This document shows, in pieces, positions 28,377-37,303 of a stretch of 64,000 nt of DNA; position 1 is the first letter of the stretch, and every line of letters begins with the position of its first letter. Made by a program: the position numbers and the translations under genes. A model generated the notes under the pieces. That model saw only the letters and a program-made list of their open reading frames with translations. It did not search any database and was not told the origin of the DNA. Source of the stretch: Desulfurococcales archaeon (lineage in GTDB: Archaea > Thermoproteota > Thermoprotei_A > Sulfolobales > WAQK01). The stretch is taken from contig JALWQH010000054.1 in assembly GCA_027083135.1 (NCBI GenBank), positions 6,648-70,647 on the forward strand. The letters are read 5' to 3'.

Positions 28377-29207
28377 TTATTGTTTAGTGGTGGTTTTTCT
28401 TGGTGTGGTGTTGGGGTTATTGTATTCTTCTGTTTGTTGTAGGGTTGTTTTTAGGCGGTTGCGGGCGTATTTGCTGTATTGTTTTCTGAGTATTTGGTAG
28501 TATTGGTAGACTGGGTCTGGTAGGTATACCATGTAGTAGTCTCTGAAGAGTTCTGTTCTGTATGTTTTGTCGTTGTAGAGGCTCTCGGTGTTGCGTGCAG
28601 CGGTTGCGGTTGATATTTTTATTCTTCTGCCTCTGTATTCTTTGTGCCCGTATTTCGCCACCTTGATTATTAGTGCGTCTGGGTCTTCTCTTATTCTGGG
28701 TGGGAGTTTCTTCTTGCTGGGCGTGGTCATTAGGAGTATGTTGACGTCTGTGCGGACGACGTCGTACCAGTCTAGTAGGGCTTCGAGGTATGGGCGGCGC
28801 TGCTCGTCGAACCACATGTATGTTGATCCCCATAGTCCTGCGTCATCCCATATTATGATCTCTCTGCCTTCATCTATCTTTGCGAGCAGGTCTGCGGCAG
28901 TGAAGGCTAGGCTGCTGAGGGCTTCGCGGTAAGCGTCGCCGCATTCCAGGCCCTCGTATCTCATGAGGTATGCTGCCAGTGTTTTTATGGCGTATGTGCT
29001 TTTGCCCCCGCCCTTCTTGCCATAGATGATCACGCCTAGAAACTCATCATCGTTGATTGTCTCTCTATAGAAGACGTGGATCGAGTAGCCTGTAGCCCTG
29101 CATCCCAGCTGTGGCTCCTCGTTCAGCTCCTCTATCTTGTCCCAGAGCCCGAGTAGCCTGGCCCTCGTCTCAGCATCCAGGCTGTTGAAGATCTCAAGGC
29201 TGCTCAT
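28377..29207 (-). CDS. P-loop NTPase (candidate genome-packaging or replication ATPase)
   Basis: Walker A IIYGKKGGGKST and Walker B REIIIWDDAG. 276 aa. Confidence 0.7.
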   Translation of the reverse strand: MSSLEIFNSLDAETRARLLGLWDKIEELNEEPQLGCRATGYSIHVFYRETINDDEFLGVIIYGKKGGGKSTYAIKTLAAYLMRYEGLECGDAYREALSSLAFTAADLLAKIDEGREIIIWDDAGLWGSTYMWFDEQRRPYLEALLDWYDVVRTDVNILLMTTPSKKKLPPRIREDPDALIIKVAKYGHKEYRGRRIKISTATAARNTESLYNDKTYRTELFRDYYMVYLPDPVYQYYQILRKQYSKYARNRLKTTLQQTEEYNNPNTTPRKTTTKQ

Positions 29208-29553
29208 CCTCGAGCTCGCCTCCAGTCAGTATCTTCTTGGTTGGCAGCAGGCCTGGGGTCCTGTGGAGCTCGTCGACTATTACCTGTATGTAGTCGTCTA
29301 TTTCGCCGAGGCTCTCTGGGACTGCTCCAAGCCTCCCCCTCACCTTTGAGGGCAGGATGTCGACCAGTGCCTGCAGCGCTGCTCTGAGCTCGGCTAGCTG
29401 GTCTCTGAACACGATTACGCCTATACCCGCCCTCCTCCTCCTAACATCCCTCAAAGCCTCGAGGATCAGGTAGGGGTAGTCGAGGCTCTGCCTGTACCTC
29501 TGCTCCCAGCTCACCGTTAATCCCTCGAGAACTTCTCGCGGTATATCTCCCAC
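29194..29553 (-). CDS. hypothetical protein
   Basis: 119-aa ORF overlapping both neighbours in the minus-strand operon. Confidence 0.4.
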   Translation of the reverse strand: MGDIPREVLEGLTVSWEQRYRQSLDYPYLILEALRDVRRRRAGIGVIVFRDQLAELRAALQALVDILPSKVRGRLGAVPESLGEIDDYIQVIVDELHRTPGLLPTKKILTGGELEDEQP

Positions 29554-29864
29554 GCTTCATCCGCGGCTTCATCGTAGATCTTGGCTATTTCTCTGAGCTC
29601 TCTGCGCTCCCTCGAGGACAGGTTTCTGCGCTTAGCGCTGGCCCTAGCCCTGTTAGCAGCCATCTGCAGCGCCCTGGCCTCTCTCAAAGCCTTGTCACGC
29701 CTCTTGCTCTGCCTTATTGATCTGAGAACCTCTTTTGCTGCTCCCCTGGCCTGATCTGGATCCCTGAATGATATAATGTCTGCAAGGTACTTGTAGCGGG
29801 CTGGGGCGAAGAGCCCCCTCCTCCCGCCCTTACTCCTGCCTCCTGACCTCCTTCTCCTCGGCAT
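29517..29864 (-). CDS. highly basic Arg-rich protein (candidate nucleic-acid-binding protein)
   Basis: MPRRRRSGGRSKGGRRG.. N-terminus and Arg/Lys-rich helices (RARASAKRRNLSSRERRELRE). Confidence 0.45.
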   Translation of the reverse strand: MPRRRRSGGRSKGGRRGLFAPARYKYLADIISFRDPDQARGAAKEVLRSIRQSKRRDKALREARALQMAANRARASAKRRNLSSRERRELREIAKIYDEAADEAWEIYREKFSRD

Positions 29865-30180
29865 GGCTTACACCTCCTCTTGCTCCTAGGAGCTCGGCTA
29901 TGCTTACAAGCACGCCTTTCCCGCTCCTGGCGACAGCATCTGCTATGCAGACTTGAATCGTGGGTGTCAGCTGGAGGTCTCTGCCCAACGTGTAGTCTAT
30001 GGCTGCTACGAGCTCTATCTCGCCTCTGCATGGGAGCTGCTCGACGTAGGGTGCTATCCTGCCCCACTCCCCCACGCTCCTCCTGAGCACGGCTGAAAGC
30101 AGGTCGACGCTCCCAGAGCCCAGCAGCACTCCTCTCTCAAAGTCTCGGCTCGGAGCACTCATACTATCACCGTAATCCAT
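29830..30180 (-). CDS. hypothetical protein (first gene of the minus-strand operon)
   Basis: 116-aa ORF with an ATG start. No motif recognised. Confidence 0.4.
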   Translation of the reverse strand: MDYGDSMSAPSRDFERGVLLGSGSVDLLSAVLRRSVGEWGRIAPYVEQLPCRGEIELVAAIDYTLGRDLQLTPTIQVCIADAVARSGKGVLVSIAELLGARGGVSHAEEKEVRRQE

Positions 30181-30296
30181 GTGGCGGTAATGCTAGATTA
30201 CGGTGAGCCGCGTTTTCATAATTGATTCAACATGGTTATCCATGCTCACATCTAATTGCAATGGCTGCGAGCATCTCTGCAAAGGGGTGATAGTGG
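30181..30296. promoter_or_regulatory. divergent promoter region between the NTPase operon and the envelope-like operon
   Basis: 116-bp spacer between divergently oriented operons, with AT-rich TTTCATAATTGATT. Function inferred from position only. Confidence 0.3.
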
Positions 30297-31160
30297 GTGG
30301 ATAAGCGTGTCTATGCCCTGCTAGCACTAGCGGTACTTGTAGCCCCCCTGCTGAGCCTGGGCATAGCCCATGCAGATGTTGTGAGCGTGAATCCAGGTGA
30401 ATCATACAATGTGACCTTCATGTACGTGAATGTTACGAGCGACGAGCAGGTGACCTTCCAGCTGAGCTATGTTAACGAGGATAATGAGACTGTGCCGTAC
30501 ATGACTCTCAGCGGGACAGAGTTCACATACAACGCCTCTGTGCCCCTGATCCTGACTGTGAGCGTCGACGCCTCCGCCACTGCCCCCGCCAACTTAACCT
30601 TCAACGACATTATTCAGACTGCGAGCTCGACTGGCCAGGCAACTATAACGCCGTCGGATAAGGTGGTGCGCATACCAGTATCAGCGCCTACTGGCAGCAC
30701 GATTAAGGTGAGCGTCAGCCCGAATGGTGATCCCTATGCCCGCGCCATCGGCATAGTCTTAGAGTACAGCGATGGTACGTATAAGCTGATGACTCCTGGC
30801 TCTTACCACGAGGATGCGGCAGCCGCTGATAGCGACTGGCCTGCCAGCGTGACTCCTGATCTCGCTGGCATCTGGGGAAGCAAGACCTACACCTTCACTG
30901 TGGATAAGGATGTGCAGGCCGTGATAATCTACATCAGCACCTATCAGGGACAGTGGGATGTCTCTGTCAGCGTCTCTCAGCCCAGCACTAGTGAGACCAC
31001 TACGACTAGTACTGCCACTGTTCCGCAGCCAAGCGGTTCAAGCAACATATTAGCTGCAGATGTAGACATCATGGGGCATCACACGAATGTTGCCACCATC
31101 GTTGTGCTGCTCATAGTGTTCCTGGGGCTGATATGGCTGCTGGCTGGCCGTAGGCGCTGA
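30297..31160 (+). CDS. secreted glycoprotein-like type I membrane protein
   Basis: GTG start. Signal peptide ..APLLSLGIAHA|D. Several N-x-S/T sequons (NVTF, NVTS, NETV, NASV, NLTF). T/S-rich linker, then C-terminal TM helix plus RRR. Confidence 0.65.
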   Translation: MDKRVYALLALAVLVAPLLSLGIAHADVVSVNPGESYNVTFMYVNVTSDEQVTFQLSYVNEDNETVPYMTLSGTEFTYNASVPLILTVSVDASATAPANLTFNDIIQTASSTGQATITPSDKVVRIPVSAPTGSTIKVSVSPNGDPYARAIGIVLEYSDGTYKLMTPGSYHEDAAAADSDWPASVTPDLAGIWGSKTYTFTVDKDVQAVIIYISTYQGQWDVSVSVSQPSTSETTTTSTATVPQPSGSSNILAADVDIMGHHTNVATIVVLLIVFLGLIWLLAGRRR

Positions 31161-31176
31161 GCCCCCTTGGAGCGGG

Positions 31177-32421
31177 GTGGGGGCAGTGAAGCGCACAGCA
31201 CTCCTGCTACTGCCAGTAATGCTGCTATTCCTAGCGGCTCCAGCAGCCCTAGCTGACACCAGCACCACGACTATTCCATTGGAGTATAGCGGTTATGATC
31301 TTGTGCCAGGCTATGTGTATAGTGTTTCTTTCGAGATGGATTGGACTCGTCTGCCTGGATGGGTATATGCTGATGAGGCGGAGTTTGTTGCTGGACCTAT
31401 GCGCATCGACATCATGCCTGCCGCGACTCTCGGCGGCATGGGCTTCAAGCTGACAGTGTATATTGATGGTGTTAAGAAGTGGAGTAAGACTGATACATGG
31501 GATATTGATTTTGGCGGCAAGGGAACTAAGGAGTATCACTTCACAATCGATATCGATTGTAAGGGGCAGGGTAGGCTGATATACGCTGATGACAATAAGG
31601 TTGTAGCTGGCTTCATACTTCAGGATGCTACTCCCATCTACACTTGGGGCGATGGTCATGCAGACATAGTAACGACCAAGAGCTATGGCTGTAATGGTGG
31701 AGGAGGCTCCACAGCCACCTTGCCTCCTGGGCCTGGCGGGCCTGGTAGAAGCGTTCTCAGCGGTCTTGCCCATGGGTTGAGCACCGCAACCGTCGTCGGC
31801 TTCACGCTGGTGATGCTTGGATTAGCAGGCCTAATCATCCTGATAGCCTTCAAGCAGGCTAAGCGCCACAAGCTTGTGCAGAGCTCTGCACTGGCACTAT
31901 TGCTGCTCGGCAGCATTGTGCTGGGAGTGCTGGTGCTGGGTGCAGCGGCAACTATGAATCACCTCTCAATTCCAGGTGCCCCTACATCCAGGTACACCAC
32001 CACGGTGATCACGACTGATAACACCGTGATAACTACGAGTGTGCCGATCACTCCTCCAGGCAGTACTTCGAGCAGCGGTGGAGGCACAGGTAATCCCACA
32101 ACCACCACTACTACGACTAGTAGCGGTCCTCTAGCCAAGACGACTGTTTACGGCTACATTGACTGCGGTGTAGGCGTCCCCCACCTTATAGCCAAGTACA
32201 ATGTTGCCGAGAAGACCCTCACAGCGGATGTAGAGTATGCCACTGAGCGTCTCAGCACTTCCCTTAGCTCCAGCCTGGTGATGAAGGTCTACGATAGCGA
32301 TGGATCGTTTATCGGTGAGACGCAGATGGAGTGGGATCCCTCTACAAGCACCTATCTCGGCGACCTCGTCCTGCAGATCTGTGGCTACCATGAGCTAACG
32401 GTGGAGGTGTGGCAGGGATGA
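31177..32421 (+). CDS. secreted two-domain membrane protein with central TM hairpin
   Basis: Signal peptide ..LAAPAALA|D. Beta-rich domain, Gly/Pro linker, two TM helices, poly-Thr linker, and a second beta-rich domain. Confidence 0.6.
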   Translation: MGAVKRTALLLLPVMLLFLAAPAALADTSTTTIPLEYSGYDLVPGYVYSVSFEMDWTRLPGWVYADEAEFVAGPMRIDIMPAATLGGMGFKLTVYIDGVKKWSKTDTWDIDFGGKGTKEYHFTIDIDCKGQGRLIYADDNKVVAGFILQDATPIYTWGDGHADIVTTKSYGCNGGGGSTATLPPGPGGPGRSVLSGLAHGLSTATVVGFTLVMLGLAGLIILIAFKQAKRHKLVQSSALALLLLGSIVLGVLVLGAAATMNHLSIPGAPTSRYTTTVITTDNTVITTSVPITPPGSTSSSGGGTGNPTTTTTTTSSGPLAKTTVYGYIDCGVGVPHLIAKYNVAEKTLTADVEYATERLSTSLSSSLVMKVYDSDGSFIGETQMEWDPSTSTYLGDLVLQICGYHELTVEVWQG

Positions 32422-33002
32422 CTCGTAGAGCCATAGTGCCAATACTGGTGCTGGCAATCATTGTAGGAGTATTAGTTGTCGGAGCCGTAGCGGCTCATCA
32501 TGCAGGCTTGATTAATGGAATCGGTGGTGTGGGACTGGCTGCTTCAAGCACCAGTATTGGTTCAAGCGGCTCTACTGGCTCGCAGAGTCAGAGCACGTCT
32601 ACGACTGCTGTGCGTAGGCCTGTTGGGAACGGCTGGGTGGGCGGCTCTGCGTGTGGCTGCGGCGGGCCAGGAGTACCCATGTATGGGTCTGCGTGCATCG
32701 GCTTCAAGTACTCCGCCTACATTGAGCAGGGCAGCAGCGTAGAGGTGGACTTGTGGATCATAAGTGTGAGCGGCTACTCTGGGCCAGGCTCAGTGAAAAT
32801 AATAGAGCACTACCCTGAGGACGGCAAGCTGATCACAGAGAAGAGCATTACAAGTGTTGAGAAAGGCGTAACAACCACCCTCAGCTTCCAGCCTGACAGC
32901 AGCTCGTTGATCAGCGAGTACTACGTGGTGTTGAGCGGTGATTATCCTGCCCCTCACACCTTGGCTAGGGTGAAGATAACCGTGCAGGTGGTGCAGCCAT
33001 GA
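32418..33002 (+). CDS. N-terminally anchored Ser/Thr-rich surface protein
   Basis: I prefer the ATG at 32418 (ATGA overlap with the upstream stop) over the GTG at 32409. TM helix IVPILVLAIIVGVLVVGAV, S/T-rich linker, and a ~90-aa beta domain. Confidence 0.55.
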   Translation: MTRRAIVPILVLAIIVGVLVVGAVAAHHAGLINGIGGVGLAASSTSIGSSGSTGSQSQSTSTTAVRRPVGNGWVGGSACGCGGPGVPMYGSACIGFKYSAYIEQGSSVEVDLWIISVSGYSGPGSVKIIEHYPEDGKLITEKSITSVEKGVTTTLSFQPDSSSLISEYYVVLSGDYPAPHTLARVKITVQVVQP

Positions 33003-34669
33003 GGCGTGGCGGAAACTATCTTCCAATAATAGCCGTCCTTCTGCTGGTGTTGTTCATAGTCGGTATTGCGGCATACACGGTGCACAGGATCAGTGAGAGC
33101 CCACTGCTGCGTCTGCCGCTGGCTGAGGAAGAGAGCGGTAAGATCGAGTTGGCTAGGGGCTCTGTGCAGGCGGGCTACGTCTATTCTTTGACATGGACAC
33201 AGTCGGGATGGGCGTTTGCAGCTAAGCAGAACACGAGGCTCATCGAGAAGCTATCGCTGAGCAGCGTTGATTTGAGCGTTAATGATGTTATAGCGCCGAT
33301 ACTGTGGGACTGGTACTTTGACGGTATGGACGACTATATACTCTTCAGTGGGTTCAGTGTTCCTAACATGACTAGTGCATACGTGGATGCATCTGTGAAT
33401 GCTGAGGTGAAAAATAGCAAAATATTCATATCATATGTGCCAGGCAATGGCCCAAGCATATATTTTGGCATAACTAGTGGCGGGCAGTTCTGGTATGAGG
33501 TGTGGAACTCGACGTCCACTAGTACAACAGAAGGAAGAATATCGGGATGGACCTTTGGGCAGGTAGGCGGCTACCAGCATATCCAAATAGTGCATACGAG
33601 CACAAGCATCGTGGCATATGTGAATGGCGTAGAATACACGTACACACCGCTAGAGGATGGTCCCATACACTGGCTCACAAATATGAAGGTGGGGACACTC
33701 GACACGACATCGGCCTCGACGCTGAAGGGCAGGGTATCACACATATGCATAGCGGATAGAAACAGTCTACCCAACAACTGGCAGGTAATCGAGAACCCAT
33801 ACCTACTGTTATCAGCAACATTCTACAACGGAACCCACTACTTCGACCTTGTAAATGGCGTTGTAGGTGCACCGTACGGCGGTGTAACCAGAGTACCATC
33901 AGAGAACCCATTCCTTTTCCTAGTCAAATCCCTAGCCAGCGACAACAAGCTGCACCTCAAATATTTCCCGCCAGGCACCGTGATCAAGATCATTGACTCT
34001 AATGGAAACGTTATCAGGGAATACACTGTCCCCAGCACGGATGTGAATGCAGCTGGCCTCGTGGAAGACTATGCGGTAGATCTAGGCATGGATATCCTCA
34101 GCGGTGTTAACGTTGAGGCAGTTATACCAGCATCTAAGGCGAGAATCTATGCTCCCCCAGGCTTCACGGTGAAAGTCGACTTATCAAGCTATTCGCAGGA
34201 GTATACTGTCCCCAGCACAGGCTACGTGGATGTCCCTGTAGATGACCAGGCTACAGTGGAACTCCTAGCTTCCGCCAAGCAGGATGACAAGCTAGGCATA
34301 AGCGTGTACAGCGAGGGCAGTGGCCTCAAAGTACAGGTCTATAATTCAAGCAGCGGAGTGGCTATCTCTAATGCTGTTGTGATCGCTAAGAAGAACAATC
34401 TAGCTGCATCCGCCACAACGGATGCCAATGGATTTGCAGAGATAAGCGGCATCACTCCAGACGCACCCATCACAATCGAGGCCTACGCCCTCAACGACGG
34501 CACCATCTATACTGGGAGCACTGTCTACAGCCCGCCTGCACAGCAGAACACGCTGGCAGCCCCAGCGCCTACATCGAGCAGTCATAGAACAGCGATAGCG
34601 CTGCTGCTCATAGTCTTCGCACTGATTGCAGGGATACTGCTAATCAGCAGAGGGGGGCGTAGAAGATGA
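32999..34669 (+). CDS. large surface protein: N-terminal TM, LamG/ConA-like lectin domain, Ig/CarboxypepD_reg-like repeats, C-terminal TM anchor
   Basis: ATGA overlap with the upstream gene. The LamG-like stretch is ..ILFSGFSVPN..KIFISYVPGNGPSIYFGITSGGQFWYEVW..HIQIVHTSTSIVAYVNGVEY..LKGRVSHICIADR. The CarboxypepD_reg-like segment is AISNAVVIAKKNNLAASATTDANGFAEISG. The tail is LLLIVFALIAGILLISRGGRRR. Confidence 0.65.
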   Translation: MRRGGNYLPIIAVLLLVLFIVGIAAYTVHRISESPLLRLPLAEEESGKIELARGSVQAGYVYSLTWTQSGWAFAAKQNTRLIEKLSLSSVDLSVNDVIAPILWDWYFDGMDDYILFSGFSVPNMTSAYVDASVNAEVKNSKIFISYVPGNGPSIYFGITSGGQFWYEVWNSTSTSTTEGRISGWTFGQVGGYQHIQIVHTSTSIVAYVNGVEYTYTPLEDGPIHWLTNMKVGTLDTTSASTLKGRVSHICIADRNSLPNNWQVIENPYLLLSATFYNGTHYFDLVNGVVGAPYGGVTRVPSENPFLFLVKSLASDNKLHLKYFPPGTVIKIIDSNGNVIREYTVPSTDVNAAGLVEDYAVDLGMDILSGVNVEAVIPASKARIYAPPGFTVKVDLSSYSQEYTVPSTGYVDVPVDDQATVELLASAKQDDKLGISVYSEGSGLKVQVYNSSSGVAISNAVVIAKKNNLAASATTDANGFAEISGITPDAPITIEAYALNDGTIYTGSTVYSPPAQQNTLAAPAPTSSSHRTAIALLLIVFALIAGILLISRGGRRR

Positions 34670-35523
34670 AAACCAAACACATTTTTTTCATTCTCTTTAT
34701 TTTTTTGATCATGATTATAACAGCCCCAGCCCTAGCCCAAACAAACGGGTCATCCAACAGCACCACGACCACTCAGAGGCTCTACGGATTCGATGAGGAC
34801 TGGCTTAAGAGCACCGTCGTGGTGGTGTATCAATCGCAGTACGGCACGGGCTGGTGGGTGAATCCATCATACATTGTTACTGCAGCGCATGTTGTGAACT
34901 ATCAGTCTAATGTAGCAGTCACGATTGTGCGTGGCTCGATCAGGCTCTCAGGCACAGTGGTGGCAGCGGATCAGCAGAGAGACGTGGCCGTGATCCAAGT
35001 AGCGAACTCGGATAAGATCGCTAAGCATGTGTTGAGGCTGGCTAGGCAGCTCCCAGACTATGGTGAAACTATTTACACGATAGGGTATCCAAGCGAATTA
35101 CTCCAGATCATGGGGAGCGTAGAGAAGATGAGTGAGAATCCAAGGGTCCTAAGCAGCGCTTTAACCTGGAGGGATCCCTATAGCCACATATTCGAGATAG
35201 GCGGCATAACCGACGCTGGCAATTCAGGCGGGCCTGTATTAGACTCATCTGGCAATGTAATAGGGCTTGTCAGCTTCGCTCTCGAGGGGAAGGCTGGCAC
35301 ACTGTATTTCGCCAGCGATGTTGAGAACATTAAGGCTGTGCTCAGCCAGGCTGGCGTGTCGTATGAGCTCGGCTCGTCTGGGCTGCTGCCAGACATGAAT
35401 AGTAATCCTGCATTGGCTGGGGCTGTGGCTGGAGCAGTCACCAACGTGGTGACTGACACTATTATTATTCTAGTTGGGGTGGGCCTCGGTGCAGCGGTTG
35501 TATCCCGCAAGAAGAGGAGGTAG
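34666..35523 (+). CDS. membrane-tethered secreted trypsin-like (S1/HtrA-type) serine protease
   Basis: Signal peptide ..ITAPALA|Q. Catalytic triad contexts are VTAAHVV (His), RDVAVIQV (Asp) and DAGNSGGPVLD (Ser). C-terminal TM helix plus RKKRR. Confidence 0.75.
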   Translation: MKTKHIFFILFIFLIMIITAPALAQTNGSSNSTTTTQRLYGFDEDWLKSTVVVVYQSQYGTGWWVNPSYIVTAAHVVNYQSNVAVTIVRGSIRLSGTVVAADQQRDVAVIQVANSDKIAKHVLRLARQLPDYGETIYTIGYPSELLQIMGSVEKMSENPRVLSSALTWRDPYSHIFEIGGITDAGNSGGPVLDSSGNVIGLVSFALEGKAGTLYFASDVENIKAVLSQAGVSYELGSSGLLPDMNSNPALAGAVAGAVTNVVTDTIIILVGVGLGAAVVSRKKRR

Positions 35524-35662
35524 GCTGCTGGGCCTCTACCTTATTGTTAGGCCTAAGCATAGGCCTGTAGGCCTGGAGGATTTCATTGAACGTGAGCTAG
35601 ACTCGTTTTTGAGGAGGCATAACTTGCTCATAGTTTCATACGAGGTGGTAAGCATTGATTGA
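35474..35662 (+). CDS. possible small protein bridging the protease gene and the next gene
   Basis: The 3' two thirds (LLGLYLIVRPKHRPVGLEDFIERELDSFLRRHNLLIVSYEVVSID) fill an otherwise non-coding 130-bp gap. The only starts (TTG/GTG) lie inside the protease gene. Weak call. Confidence 0.25.
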   Translation: MGWASVQRLYPARRGGRLLGLYLIVRPKHRPVGLEDFIERELDSFLRRHNLLIVSYEVVSID

Positions 35663-36059
35663 AGCCTTAGCCCTGTTATTCTACCTAGCAATAGCAGTCA
35701 TAACAATCGTCCTGCTCGCCATGCTCAAAGAATTGTTCAGCAGCAATGATTGTAAGGCATGGGAGCAGCGTGTAGGCGAGCTTAAAGACATGTTGGAAAA
35801 GCAGCGGCGGCACTATGAATTATTGTTGAAGGATGCAGCCGTCAAGAACAGCATGATGCGAGGCCTGTGGAACGCTTTCCGCCAGGGGAAGCTCAGAGAC
35901 TGCTATAGCGATGGCGGCGAGATCAGAGTGCTTGCCGACGGCTACGTTATCTGCGAGAAGCAAGAGAAACCTGCAAGGGTTGAAGAGGCTCCCTCAGCAT
36001 TCGTCATAGCTACTCCTCAAGACTTGGAAGAATACGGAGTGGAGGGGGAGGAGCAGTGA
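35655..36059 (+). CDS. N-terminally anchored coiled-coil protein
   Basis: TTG start. TM helix ALALLFYLAIAVITIVLLAML, then a helical region and an acidic tail. Confidence 0.45.
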   Translation: MIEALALLFYLAIAVITIVLLAMLKELFSSNDCKAWEQRVGELKDMLEKQRRHYELLLKDAAVKNSMMRGLWNAFRQGKLRDCYSDGGEIRVLADGYVICEKQEKPARVEEAPSAFVIATPQDLEEYGVEGEEQ

Positions 36060-37303
36060 ATCCCCCGAATGTGAACGAGGAGCTGTTGAAGCAGCTGCTA
36101 CAGTACCTGTGGCAGCGGCATGTTGCTGGCGAGCAGCAGTATCTCTACTGGATATTGGGTGCTCCGCTGCTAGCCCTCTTTATTTTCCTGCTGCTTTGGA
36201 GTAGGCATAGGGCGCATGCCACTACTCTGCTTGACGCATTGTCGTTTTTCTTTGCTCCCAGGGGTCCCGAGAAGATGCTGATTTTCAAGGACTTGGTGGG
36301 GGACAGGGTGCTTGTCTACGATTATAGGACGGTTAAGAGCGGGGACGGCTACCTCGTGCAGGCAGGCCCATACTTGATTAAGACCAATGAGGATCCAGAC
36401 GCCTATGCTGAGCCTCTTTCACTGGTTGATGCCAGGGGGCCGCCAGGAGTTCCCTCGCCCTTCGGCCTCTTCGTCAGACAATTGATCAGCGTCTACATGC
36501 TTGTAGCCCTAGTGGCAATCAGCTTCGTCAATACCTTCTACACTACCTATGATCCCTATATGAAGTATGCTAGGCTCATAGGCCCAGTCACATATACTAC
36601 TGTCGACCTATTGGCATTCGCAGCGCTAGTAATAGTGAGTGCATGGCTAATAGCGATCCTTGTAAGAGCGCTTAGCCCTCAGACACTGGTCGTAGGCTTA
36701 TCGGCTACTGGGATGAGCGGCGAGTATATTGAGGCCAGCCCAGGCCTAGACGTGTATAGCGGTTACCCGCCAGCCAGGCTGCTGCGGGCTATCAGCAGGG
36801 AGCCGAGGATAGAGGTGCCTCAGCCAGTGTTCACATATGTGGATGAGAGGGAGCGTGAGGCTAAGCAGACGTTCTGGGACAAGCTCTACGAGCAGATCAG
36901 CTCGTCGCATCTAACAGCATCGGTCCTAGCACTGCTGGGACAGGTCTACGAGGCGTGGCGCAGATCAGTAGGCCTACTCCTACAAGACCGCTACGACATC
37001 AGCGTGGCCGCCAGAGCACGCTACCAACTCTCTGAAGAGAGGCTTCCTCGAGGATTCCTCAGCAAGTATGCAGGTGTCCTGGCGTTGCTGGCAATCATAG
37101 GCATAATCATACTGGGAGTAGTGTGGCTGCAGCCAAGCCTACATGCACCTACAAATACAACAGCAACAATGATCACTACCACTACAAGCATTCTACCCAG
37201 CCCGCCCACAATGCCGACACCACCAACCAGCCCAGCCACCACCAGCATAACTCCAGCCAAGCCGCCAATACCAGGTAGAACAACCACGCCTAGGGGTGGC
37301 TAG
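36056..37303 (+). CDS. polytopic membrane protein with Thr/Pro-rich C-terminal tail
   Basis: GTGA overlap with the upstream gene. About 4 TM helices. The tail is TNTTATMITTTTSILPSPPTMPTPPTSPATTSITPAKPP. Confidence 0.55.
   Translation: MNPPNVNEELLKQLLQYLWQRHVAGEQQYLYWILGAPLLALFIFLLLWSRHRAHATTLLDALSFFFAPRGPEKMLIFKDLVGDRVLVYDYRTVKSGDGYLVQAGPYLIKTNEDPDAYAEPLSLVDARGPPGVPSPFGLFVRQLISVYMLVALVAISFVNTFYTTYDPYMKYARLIGPVTYTTVDLLAFAALVIVSAWLIAILVRALSPQTLVVGLSATGMSGEYIEASPGLDVYSGYPPARLLRAISREPRIEVPQPVFTYVDEREREAKQTFWDKLYEQISSSHLTASVLALLGQVYEAWRRSVGLLLQDRYDISVAARARYQLSEERLPRGFLSKYAGVLALLAIIGIIILGVVWLQPSLHAPTNTTATMITTTTSILPSPPTMPTPPTSPATTSITPAKPPIPGRTTTPRGG

Noticed and set aside
28100-28387. 95-aa ORF inside the G+T-rich tract
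   Set aside because: Its 5' half overlaps the 327-aa gene in another frame, and its composition (Val/Gly/Leu/Arg) simply reflects the G+T bias. A shorter GTG- or TTG-started 3' portion (YVLSFDDYGEALRALRRLRKRGVVLRV..) might be real, but I cannot support it.
29714-30067. 117-aa and other alternative-frame ORFs (28417-28833, 28588-28932, 29880-30086) within the NTPase operon
   Set aside because: They overlap better-supported ORFs that have motifs or operon-style coupling. Their products are Arg/Pro/Gln-rich low-complexity sequences typical of off-frame translation.
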